Assembly (NCBI GenBank): GCA_938017985.1
Contig: CALIKS010000025.1
Coordinates: 1 to 23,069, forward strand
Length of the DNA: 23,069 nt
Direction of reading: 5' to 3'
From: an uncultured archaeon
GTDB lineage: Archaea > Thermoproteota > Nitrososphaeria_A > Caldarchaeales > Calditenuaceae
Shown: positions 15,541 through 23,069 of the stretch, piece after piece
How positions within the stretch are numbered: position 1 is the stretch's first letter
How the letters are laid out: every line of letters starts with the position of its first letter
Notes under the pieces: model-generated
Database searches by the model: none
Told to the model about the DNA's origin: nothing
What the model saw: the letters and a program-made list of their open reading frames with translations, nothing else
Made by a program: the position numbers and the translations under genes

Positions 15541-17179
15541 GATTTACCAAAACGTCTGTGAGATACTTTATCCTAGCAAAACACCGAGGCCACTCTTAAA
15601 GAAATCGCTTTCTGTTTTGGATGAAAGTGTTCAGAATGGTCGTTCTCTTATACTCTTAGAGGCTCCTACAGGATACGGTAAGAGTACATTATCATTAACA
15701 ATCTATCTAGCGATAAAACTCGGTAGAATGGATCTTGCCCAAAGAGTTATACATGTATTACCAATGCGCTCGATAGGATCTCACATGTATAAGCGAATGA
15801 GTGATGAATATATACCAAAACTTCAGTCATCGGGACTCCCCGTGAATAAGGGAGATGTGGGTCTACAACAAATGAGCTCGCCTGGAAGTCCAATGCTCTG
15901 TAAGAGATTTGTGATAACAACTCTGGACACGTTTGTTTCATCATTTTATAAGATACCTCCCGTTGAGATGAAAATGCTATTAACTCGCGGCTCCGCCCAC
16001 TACGAAGTACCTCGAGGATGCATTTATTCGTCAATCTTAGTCTTTGACGAGTTTCATCTGTATACAGGAGCAAACGCATTTATCGGTGGTGAAAGTAAGA
16101 TGCTGACGGCTGCACTAGCATGCATAATTAGTCTCTTAGAGATGGGCGTGCCCGTTATATTATCAACAGCTACGATGCCCCGAGTTATAAAGAACATTAT
16201 ATTTGACGAGCTGGAAAAAACATTCGGAGACGAAATAAGTATTGAAAAGATCTCACCTTCTATAGAAGATCTCAACTTTATTAAAAGAACCGTCAAGATT
16301 AAAACGATCATTGAAGATGAACTATTTAGAATAGTCAAACAAAACTCAGGTGATGAAAAGAGAATCCTGATAGTTACAAATACCGTCAATAATGCGATAG
16401 AGATTTATAATAAATTAAAATCAGGAAATATTAGAGCCAAAATTATACACTCAAAGATTATCGAAAGTGAAAAAGAATTAAGGTTAAAGGAAATCGAATC
16501 AGGTACATGCGTAGCAGTAAGTACACAAGTAATGGAAGCAGGAGTAGACATGAGTTTTGACATAATAATAACAGAAGTAGCTCCCCCAGACTCAATCTTA
16601 CAGAGAGCCGGTAGGGTGGCTAGGTATGGTGGAGAGGGAGAACTATATGTATATCCTTTGAGTGAATCGGGTGAGCTAATTTATGGAAGAGAGCTCCCTA
16701 ATTTAACCTATGCAAATCTTGAAAAAATGAGTCAACTGTCTTATGATCTACTCAATATTTTTGAAGGTTTAAACACGTCTAAGCTAATAGATAGAGAATT
16801 GTTCAGTCAATTAAGAGGGATAGATTCTTTCCCTTCATATTCATCAGAGGTATCGAAACAAGTTTGGAGAGCATACTGTGGTTTCATAAGAGACTCTGAG
16901 ATGATACCCGTAGTACCACAGCTTTACTTGGCAGAGTTTATAAACAATCCAGGAAAACGCAATCATTATATGTTCACAATTGATGACCTACTCTTCACTC
17001 GTCTTTTTTCTAAGGGACTGGTTAAGGAATACATAACCGATTCTATGGAAATTAAAATTTTTACTAAAAACTTTAATCGCTCCTTAGAGCGAGAATGTGT
17101 CTCTGAATTATTTTTCCGCTACGACATATTGGCCGTCGTTGTTGAAAATTATGATGAGGAGGTCGGCTTACACGTATGA
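15491..17179 (+). CDS. cas3': Cas3' superfamily-2 helicase (stand-alone helicase half of Cas3)
   Basis: Motif I EAPTGYGKST, motif II VFDEFH, motif III STATMP, motif V VSTQVMEAGVDMSFD, motif VI QRAGRVAR. The real start may be the ATG at 15515 or 15518. Confidence 0.9.
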   Translation: MPRPTRLGMMDLQSLSEIYQNVCEILYPSKTPRPLLKKSLSVLDESVQNGRSLILLEAPTGYGKSTLSLTIYLAIKLGRMDLAQRVIHVLPMRSIGSHMYKRMSDEYIPKLQSSGLPVNKGDVGLQQMSSPGSPMLCKRFVITTLDTFVSSFYKIPPVEMKMLLTRGSAHYEVPRGCIYSSILVFDEFHLYTGANAFIGGESKMLTAALACIISLLEMGVPVILSTATMPRVIKNIIFDELEKTFGDEISIEKISPSIEDLNFIKRTVKIKTIIEDELFRIVKQNSGDEKRILIVTNTVNNAIEIYNKLKSGNIRAKIIHSKIIESEKELRLKEIESGTCVAVSTQVMEAGVDMSFDIIITEVAPPDSILQRAGRVARYGGEGELYVYPLSESGELIYGRELPNLTYANLEKMSQLSYDLLNIFEGLNTSKLIDRELFSQLRGIDSFPSYSSEVSKQVWRAYCGFIRDSEMIPVVPQLYLAEFINNPGKRNHYMFTIDDLLFTRLFSKGLVKEYITDSMEIKIFTKNFNRSLERECVSELFFRYDILAVVVENYDEEVGLHV

Positions 17180-17979
17180 TCTGCTGCAAGCCCTGTGCCT
17201 TTACTAAACAGTCATTGATAACTCACACAGATAATGTAATAAGGTATGTGGAGAAACTAATCGGCTCCGGGTATCACGAAACAGTTGCCAAAAGGTTAAA
17301 AAAGCTAAATCTAGATGTTAGCAAGGAAGAAGTTGCGAATTACATCATACTAGCAGCTGCATTTCACGATGTGGGAAAAGCTATTCAGGAGTATCAAAGG
17401 AAGTTTGACTCCGAATGCAACCCAATTGACCCAGGAGAAACTAGTTTCTATCTTCATGAATTATTTTCCTCTGTCATTTTGGCGAGAGTTCTGTCCGATC
17501 ACATAGATGATGATCTATCTATTTTAGCAATACTAGCCGTGTTAAATCATTTACATGCAATGAGAGATTATCACAAAATACGTGATATTTTAAACCCTGA
17601 TCTGAAGTATAGATCATTCAATTTTAGTCAAAAAAATATATTTTTATCAGAGTTGTTGTTTATTGAAAAGAGCAATTCAGATAAGATAGCTAACTACTTA
17701 TCGGAACGTTGCAGGATAGATAGAGTCCTGATTAGTCGTTCGTTGACCAATAAGATTTGTCTTGACGAGGCACGGCATGTTATTAAACTTGTAAGGAATG
17801 CTGAAGAAGACTCTTATAAAAGGCCTCCCATGAAAGGATACGTCTTTTTTTTGCTTCCAGTAGTAATCGGTGATAACATCGATGCTTATCACTCAAGAAG
17901 AAACGAGAAGGATAAAGAAGTATCTAATCGAAGATTCTTTATTGATGAACTAATACATGCTCTTGGAGGTGAGCAGTAG
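17176..17979 (+). CDS. cas3'': Cas3'' HD-domain nuclease
   Basis: HD motif AAFHDVGK and a downstream LNHLH histidine cluster. ATGA overlap with cas3'. Confidence 0.85.
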   Translation: MICCKPCAFTKQSLITHTDNVIRYVEKLIGSGYHETVAKRLKKLNLDVSKEEVANYIILAAAFHDVGKAIQEYQRKFDSECNPIDPGETSFYLHELFSSVILARVLSDHIDDDLSILAILAVLNHLHAMRDYHKIRDILNPDLKYRSFNFSQKNIFLSELLFIEKSNSDKIANYLSERCRIDRVLISRSLTNKICLDEARHVIKLVRNAEEDSYKRPPMKGYVFFLLPVVIGDNIDAYHSRRNEKDKEVSNRRFFIDELIHALGGEQ

Positions 17980-19113
17980 ATGAAACAACTAACTATAGAT
18001 CTTCCTCCTAAGTTTGCATCAGACTGTCTTTTAGGTTTACTTTACCATCTGGACCCCGCCTATAAAATAACTGTCGCTCCGGACAAGGTGTTGATAAGCG
18101 GTCCCTCCCCGATTAAGGCCCTTAAAGATCCGCTTTACATCGTCGCTCAAAGGCTTGAGAAAAAAACGGAGATAAAAACCAAAAAGGGCTCGATGCCGGT
18201 TAGGATTCCCGTTAGCGGTAATGATAAAAAGGTTTTGAAGGAAATGTTAAGTGAGTTAGGGATCAGGAGAGAAGTAGATGCTATAGAGTTTATTGAGAGT
18301 GTTAAAAATAATCTATCAACAATTTTTTCGAGTAAAACAAAAAACAGACTCATTGACGTTCTCAAGCCAGAGTTCTACGAGTTTAATAGAATTGCAGGTT
18401 ATTCTAAGTATAACTTTATAAAACATAAACAATTCAGTTTTTCAACTATAGTTCTCTCACTAGCTGGATATTTGGGATGCTCTATAGGAAGGGTACGTAT
18501 AGATGATAAAGACACCATAAATATTGTAGTAACTCCCCTAATTTCGTCTACGGGTAGTGGATTTATAATAGACCATCGTTACCAAGTTGGATATAATTCA
18601 GGTCTAAAATCCTTAATTGATTACACATTCAAAAAGAGTTTCTGGTTCGATGGGTTGTATCCTGAAACAGCGCTTATTTTGTTAATGGCTCAGCTAGTGG
18701 GTGGGGTTGACGTCACAGTTTACGGTGTTAAAGAACCCGGAGGCAATAATCCGGCATCGATCTATGCGGCTATGCAAATAAGCCTAAGTGAAACAAATAA
18801 ATTACTTCAGAGGTATGGACTAGTGAGTGATCAATCTACCATTGATCCCCTCACTATGATTGTTCAATATGCATTAAATCTGCAGAAGAAAAATAATGAT
18901 GCAAGGAATCTAGCTATAAGGTTTTCACAGATTCTATATGAAGTCATTCATGAGGTCAAACCACTCACAGAACTTATCTACACAGCTAATAGAGAATATA
19001 TGCATTGGCTATTCAAAGAAACGCCTCGTAAAGGCGAAAGCGGATACGAGACCTTAATGGTGGCTAGAAATGCAGTCATCCTCTCCCGTAAACTTCTCAG
19101 ATACTTGAAATGA
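17980..19113 (+). CDS. cas8a: Probable type I-A large subunit Cas8a (Csa4/Cas8a2-like)
   Basis: 377-aa ORF in the canonical slot after cas3''. No motif that I can recognise. Assigned by synteny and size. Confidence 0.55.
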   Translation: MKQLTIDLPPKFASDCLLGLLYHLDPAYKITVAPDKVLISGPSPIKALKDPLYIVAQRLEKKTEIKTKKGSMPVRIPVSGNDKKVLKEMLSELGIRREVDAIEFIESVKNNLSTIFSSKTKNRLIDVLKPEFYEFNRIAGYSKYNFIKHKQFSFSTIVLSLAGYLGCSIGRVRIDDKDTINIVVTPLISSTGSGFIIDHRYQVGYNSGLKSLIDYTFKKSFWFDGLYPETALILLMAQLVGGVDVTVYGVKEPGGNNPASIYAAMQISLSETNKLLQRYGLVSDQSTIDPLTMIVQYALNLQKKNNDARNLAIRFSQILYEVIHEVKPLTELIYTANREYMHWLFKETPRKGESGYETLMVARNAVILSRKLLRYLK

Positions 19114-19991
19114 GTAGTGTGGATATACCTTGCATGAAATTTGTTGTAAAAATAAAAGCTGAGGCAAGCGTTATCTTTTCCGATTTTAGCGGATACGCTA
19201 TCCAAGGATTTTTCTATAATTTGCTAGCATCTGAAAACGAAAAGTTAGCGATGGCGCTTCATAACTCCGGTGAACCAGCTCCATACTCTTTGACGCCCGT
19301 GTTTGAAGTTGGCTCTGGAAATCCTATTTTTAAATATCTCTCATCTAATACTCAAGGTGCTTTCTCGATGACCGTTCTTGGAGACGATTTATGTAAAGCC
19401 ATTACTAGAGGTATGTTAAAAAAACAATTTGTCGAGTTAAATGGTATAAGATGCAAAATCACAGATATAGAGGTACTTGTTATAGAACTAGCCAATATAT
19501 GGGGAGGGGCTGTCCCGGTTAGGAAGTTTAGTGTTGATTTTTTGACGCCGACTAAGTTTACAGCCCCTCCAAGAGATATCTCAAGACTAGCGGGGTTAAA
19601 CAGTGGCAAGGTTATTTTAGCCCCGCACCGAAATATCTATCTTCCCATCCCAGAGCGGCTAATGGTAAGTATACTGAACTTTTGGAAGGTATACCTTCAA
19701 GAGCTCTTTGCTATCAGTGAGTCACAGTATAGGGAGTGGCTTCTTGCAGGGGGCTTGGTATGCTCGGGCTATCCCGGCGGTATTAGGACGGTCTTACTAA
19801 GGGGAGGAGGAGCCAGCGTCGGTTTCTGCGGAAAGGTATACTATGCAATCCCCAATGACTGTCTATTCTCTAAGAATCATGCCATGATTACAGACGCTCT
19901 TTTGAGGCTCGGCGAGATATTTAACGTCGGTGATGAGCGGACTGCAGGTCTAGGTGTAATAAGGTATGAAAGGAATGAGATATGCTCTTAG
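19110..19991 (+). CDS. cas6: Cas6 crRNA-processing endoribonuclease
   Basis: C-terminal glycine-rich loop GDERTAGLGVIRYE, about 290 aa, consistent with a two-RAMP-domain protein. Sits within the cas operon. Confidence 0.75.
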   Translation: MSSVDIPCMKFVVKIKAEASVIFSDFSGYAIQGFFYNLLASENEKLAMALHNSGEPAPYSLTPVFEVGSGNPIFKYLSSNTQGAFSMTVLGDDLCKAITRGMLKKQFVELNGIRCKITDIEVLVIELANIWGGAVPVRKFSVDFLTPTKFTAPPRDISRLAGLNSGKVILAPHRNIYLPIPERLMVSILNFWKVYLQELFAISESQYREWLLAGGLVCSGYPGGIRTVLLRGGGASVGFCGKVYYAIPNDCLFSKNHAMITDALLRLGEIFNVGDERTAGLGVIRYERNEICS

Positions 19992-20929
19992 GTTGGAACA
20001 TAATAAAGAAAAAGATTGAGAATTTAAGGACGTTTTTAAGCGACGTTGGCATATCAAGTGACTTGAGGGGCTGGGAGTATGATAGGCCGCCCGTGAAACC
20101 TGCACGCCAGCTATTACTACCAGTCAGTGAATTAGCATCACGATACTGCCCGGCTATGAGGGATATTTTCCTTAGACGTGTTTTGAGCATTCAGCCTCCT
20201 AAAAGCTTTAAAATGTTTAGAGGAATGGTTTACCACCTTCTCATCAGCAAAATACTCATAGAGGCGAAAAGAATAATATACAGCTCGGGCCTAATTTCGG
20301 GTTCAGATTTTTACGAGAAAGCAATTGAAAAGGTCCAAACACTTATTGACTTAACATTTGATGAGGCCCTGAGGCGATACGGAAATATCTCCCAAGAAGA
20401 ATTAGAGGAGGTTAGGCGCGGTTCAGTCAAGCTGAGTAAATATATTCTAATTGAGGCGGCTTATTCTATTAACTCTGCCTTATCACGTTTCCCGCATATA
20501 AATGTTGATTCCATGGTTTCCGAGGCCTTTCCACCTGTGACTGAATTGAAGGTCGATGGAAGTCTTGTAGGTCTCAGTAGGGAGCTCAGTGTTGATATTT
20601 ATTCTCCAGTCGGCGCCGTGGTCGATATTAAAACAGGTGAGGTAAGGGAATTCCATAGATACGCAGCAGCCGGTTATGCGCTTGCTATTGAGGCAGAAAA
20701 GGGCATACCCATAGATTTAGGAGTCATTATCTATGTATCCACTGATCTCGGAGATGTGCCAAGCTTTGTACATGATGTGTTCATAGTAGATGATGAGCTG
20801 AGACGCGAGTTTTTAGAGATACGCGATGAGGCCCAGCTCTTGGTTGAGCGTGGCGCTGATCCTGGAAAACCAGCTGCATGTCCGCGATACTGTCCATATT
20901 ACTCGTATTGTAACAGTGATGTAGGTTGA
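19982..20929 (+). CDS. csa1: Csa1 (Cas4-like RecB-family nuclease of type I-A adaptation modules)
   Basis: RecB-type core (DIKTGE...HRYAAAGYALAIE) and a C-terminal cysteine cluster (CPRYCPYYSYC). Canonical position directly upstream of cas1. Confidence 0.75.
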   Translation: MLLGWNIIKKKIENLRTFLSDVGISSDLRGWEYDRPPVKPARQLLLPVSELASRYCPAMRDIFLRRVLSIQPPKSFKMFRGMVYHLLISKILIEAKRIIYSSGLISGSDFYEKAIEKVQTLIDLTFDEALRRYGNISQEELEEVRRGSVKLSKYILIEAAYSINSALSRFPHINVDSMVSEAFPPVTELKVDGSLVGLSRELSVDIYSPVGAVVDIKTGEVREFHRYAAAGYALAIEAEKGIPIDLGVIIYVSTDLGDVPSFVHDVFIVDDELRREFLEIRDEAQLLVERGADPGKPAACPRYCPYYSYCNSDVG

Positions 20930-21942
20930 GAGTATTGATTGTCAATGAGCCAGGCTACTTCATAGGCGTAAAGGGTGAGAAGATACAAGTGAGGAAGGTT
21001 GGAAAAGTTATTGCCGAGATCCCTATAATTCAGCTCTCCACTGTTTACCTCGCCACCAGAGGAGCATCTCTATCCGTTGCAGCTCTTAGACTATTTTTAA
21101 GGAATGGAGTAAATTTGATTGTCTTAGACGGATACGGTAGGCCGATAGGTAGGCTACAACCCTTCATTAGATTGGGGTTAAGGACAGTTGATGAGCAGAT
21201 CTCGGCGCTGATGGACAACAGAGGTCTGATACTTGCCAAAGCGTTTGCTACTGCGAAGATATACAATCAATCTAGTCTAATTCGTTCAGCATCCTATAAC
21301 AGGAGGGAGACTAGTCCTCAACTAGCTGAAAAACTTTTAGAGATATCAAAAGGTTTAAGACTGTACATTGAGAAAATCAACAAGGTTGATGGTTATTTAG
21401 ATGGCGCCAGGCCGGAGATAATTAGGTTGGAGGCTGAGGCTGCCGAGCGGTACTGGTCAGGTTTCAGTCTCCTTCTACAGGAATACAACATAGATTTCCC
21501 TGGGAGGAGGAAGAGGTTTGAGAACCCCTCAGATCCCGGTAACCTACTCCTTAACTATGGGTATGGGTTGTTGGTGTCGCGCTGTCTCCATGCCTTGGAG
21601 ATGAGCGGGCTGGATCCTTTTAGGGGCTTCCTCCATGTGAATTCGTCTAGGAGACCTGCTTTGGCGATGGATCTGATGGAGGAGTTCAGACAACCCGTTG
21701 TCGATAGAGCAGTGTTAAGGGTATTACGTGAGATAGGGGAAAGGGCTTTAGATTCTTCGAGAAGGATCTCGAGGGAAGGGAGGCGAGCCATTATAGAGAG
21801 CGTCACGGAGAGACTCAGGCAGAGGGTCACTTTTAGGGAAAGGTCGTTGCCGATAGAGACACACATTCTCCTCCAAGCTCGCAGGATTGCGCTCTACCTT
21901 ATTGGTAAAAGTGAGGGCTATGTGGGTTTTTCGGAGAGGTGA
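20926..21942 (+). CDS. cas1: Cas1 integrase
   Basis: Hallmark blocks LLNYGYGLL and GFLHVNSSRRPALAMDLMEEFRQPVVDR. TTG start overlapping the csa1 stop (TTGA). Confidence 0.9.
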   Translation: MRVLIVNEPGYFIGVKGEKIQVRKVGKVIAEIPIIQLSTVYLATRGASLSVAALRLFLRNGVNLIVLDGYGRPIGRLQPFIRLGLRTVDEQISALMDNRGLILAKAFATAKIYNQSSLIRSASYNRRETSPQLAEKLLEISKGLRLYIEKINKVDGYLDGARPEIIRLEAEAAERYWSGFSLLLQEYNIDFPGRRKRFENPSDPGNLLLNYGYGLLVSRCLHALEMSGLDPFRGFLHVNSSRRPALAMDLMEEFRQPVVDRAVLRVLREIGERALDSSRRISREGRRAIIESVTERLRQRVTFRERSLPIETHILLQARRIALYLIGKSEGYVGFSER

Positions 21943-22226
21943 TCCTTGTGAAGACCCTTGTCATCTATGATATAGCTGACGATCGAGTTCGTTACCTAGT
22001 TGCAGATGTATGTAAGAACTTCGGCCTATCTAGAATTCAGAAGAGCGCATTTCTCGGTTTGCTCCCTAGTGGTAGGAGAAAAGATTTGATAGAATTGTTG
22101 GCGAAAAAATTAGGAGACTCTGAGGGAAATATACAGATTTTCGTTATTTGTGATGCTGATCTTGCCTTAAGAGAGGTTATTGGTAGGGAGTATGTAGTGG
22201 AGGAGGGCGGCGACGTTATAATATGA
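21939..22226 (+). CDS. cas2: Cas2
   Basis: 95 aa. The N-terminal beta-strand LVIYDIADDRVR carries the conserved Asp, followed by GLSRIQKSAF. GTG start overlapping the cas1 stop (GTGA). Confidence 0.9.
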   Translation: MILVKTLVIYDIADDRVRYLVADVCKNFGLSRIQKSAFLGLLPSGRRKDLIELLAKKLGDSEGNIQIFVICDADLALREVIGREYVVEEGGDVII

Positions 22227-22810
22227 GTGACGACGAGGCTCCTTTAATTCCCGTCTCCCTGATCAAACAATATCATTACTGTCCTCGTATTGTATATTTC
22301 TACTACGTCCTCGGTTTTAGGGAGAAGTTTACCGAGTCTATGCGTGCTGGCATAGAAGCTCAAAGGGAAGAGGAGCGCAGGGATAAGCGTCGCAAGAGGC
22401 TTGTTGCAGGTACTGAAAGCGGCGCTAAGTCTCATCAGCTGTTTCTCAGATCACCTGAGCTCGGGATTGAAGGAGTTGTCGATCTAGTCATAGAGGGGAA
22501 GGAGATTATAGTCGTTGAACGCAAGTATGCCGCGGTCCCTAAGCGCCCTCCGAAGAGTCACATCTATCAAGCAGCTGCCTACGCTATGCTTGTGGAGAGA
22601 TGCCTAGGAAGGCCTGTCAGACACGCCTACCTAGTCTATCTCAAGTCGAATAAACAGTTTAGGATCGAATTAACAAGTGATGTGAAACGTCACGTATTGT
22701 GGACCATCAGGAAGATTAGGGAGATTATCGAGTGCGAGGTTATACCGCCCTACCGACCCATTCCAGCCTGCCCATCATGCGGGTATCTGCGCTTTTGCCA
22801 GAGAGTTTAG
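22223..22810 (+). CDS. cas4: Cas4 (RecB-like nuclease with 4-Cys cluster)
   Basis: N-terminal YHYCPR cysteine, C-terminal CPSCGYLRFC, and a nuclease core (DLVIE...ERKY...QAAAYAML). ATGA overlap with cas2. Confidence 0.9.
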   Translation: MSDDEAPLIPVSLIKQYHYCPRIVYFYYVLGFREKFTESMRAGIEAQREEERRDKRRKRLVAGTESGAKSHQLFLRSPELGIEGVVDLVIEGKEIIVVERKYAAVPKRPPKSHIYQAAAYAMLVERCLGRPVRHAYLVYLKSNKQFRIELTSDVKRHVLWTIRKIREIIECEVIPPYRPIPACPSCGYLRFCQRV

Positions 22811-22920
22811 CCTTAAATATCGAGTCTGATGTTTAAATAGACGGATACAAGTGACGCAGCAACGAAACAACACATAGAAAAAACCAAGAAAAAAGCGCTA
22901 AACCCCTGAAAAACCGGTGG
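22811..22920 (+). promoter_or_regulatory. CRISPR leader (110 nt) with candidate TATA boxes at 22812..22820 (CTTAAATAT) and 22832..22839 (TTTAAATA)
   Basis: A-rich non-coding stretch between the cas4 stop and the first repeat. TATA-like elements lie 80-110 nt upstream of repeat 1. The GAAAAA(A)CC motif occurs twice (about 22877 and 22907). Confidence 0.6.
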
Positions 22921-23069
22921 GAACCTCACAAAGAGGATTGAAAGTTTTTTTCATCACCTCGAATATCATAAATTATAAACATGAACCTCACAAAGAGGAT
23001 TGAAAGTAAAGAAGAGGGGGAAAAAGAAAATGAATGAATTTTTAGAGAACCTCACAAAGAGGATTGAAA
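22921..23069 (+). CRISPR. CRISPR array, 24-nt repeat GAACCTCACAAAGAGGATTGAAAG, truncated by the window end
   Basis: Repeats at 22921..22944, 22983..23006 and 23047..23069; the last lacks 1 nt at the window edge. Spacers at 22945..22982 (38 nt) and 23007..23046 (40 nt). The repeat ends with the ATTGAAAG 8-nt handle typical of crenarchaeal type I-A/III repeats, which sets transcription on the + strand. Confidence 0.9.

Noticed and set aside
15747-19609. Antisense or alternative-frame ORFs inside the cas genes: 15747..16079, 16054..16389, 17698..17892, 18147..18365, 18978..19205, 19352..19609. The same applies to 19921..20190, 21045..21266, 21555..21866 and 22244..22435.
   Set aside because: All are embedded in well-supported cas CDSs and have no motifs. 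Their lengths are consistent with chance ORFs.
22945-23046. Possible self-targeting by the two visible spacers.
   Set aside because: A visual scan of both strands of the window found no protospacer-like match. This cannot be excluded for the rest of the genome.

Overview
Archaeal accessory region in crenarchaeal (Thermoproteota) style. The evidence for that placement is an A1:U72 initiator tRNA, TTTAAAT-type TATA boxes, and a type I-A CRISPR-Cas locus whose 24-nt repeat ends in ATTGAAAG.

Left to right the window holds:
- two tandem CPBP/Abi-type intramembrane protease paralogs, one of them frameshifted;
- a G+C-rich, translationally coupled four-gene operon: ECF-type transporter (S component, fused double ATPase, T component) plus a type I phosphoribosyltransferase;
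- a decayed stretch with two fragments of a zinc-type alcohol dehydrogenase gene, two small membrane-protein genes and a 5'-truncated sugar-ABC permease;
- a ~0.7 kb gap with no ORF of 60 aa or more;
- a three-gene module built around a processive family-2 glycosyltransferase;
- an initiator tRNA-Met gene;
- a complete type I-A CRISPR-Cas locus.

The CRISPR-Cas locus consists of a divergent csa3, then csa5-cas7-cas5-cas3'-cas3''-cas8a-cas6-csa1-cas1-cas2-cas4 as one gap-free overlapping chain. A 110-nt leader and the first three repeats of an array follow and run off the window end.

Observations most worth follow-up:
- a roughly 15-20 point G+C step inside the cas chain, falling within cas6, which suggests a chimeric locus;
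- a perfect 16-nt palindrome in the csa3/csa5 divergent promoter;
- the ECF transporter plus PRTase operon, whose ATPase has one coherently degenerate ATP site;
- the GT2 synthase module with an unrecognised anchored extracellular partner;
- several rearrangement scars (frameshift, duplicated gene remnant, head-to-head truncated genes).

I did not find a clearly novel defence system beyond these. All family calls come from motif recognition by eye, not from searches.
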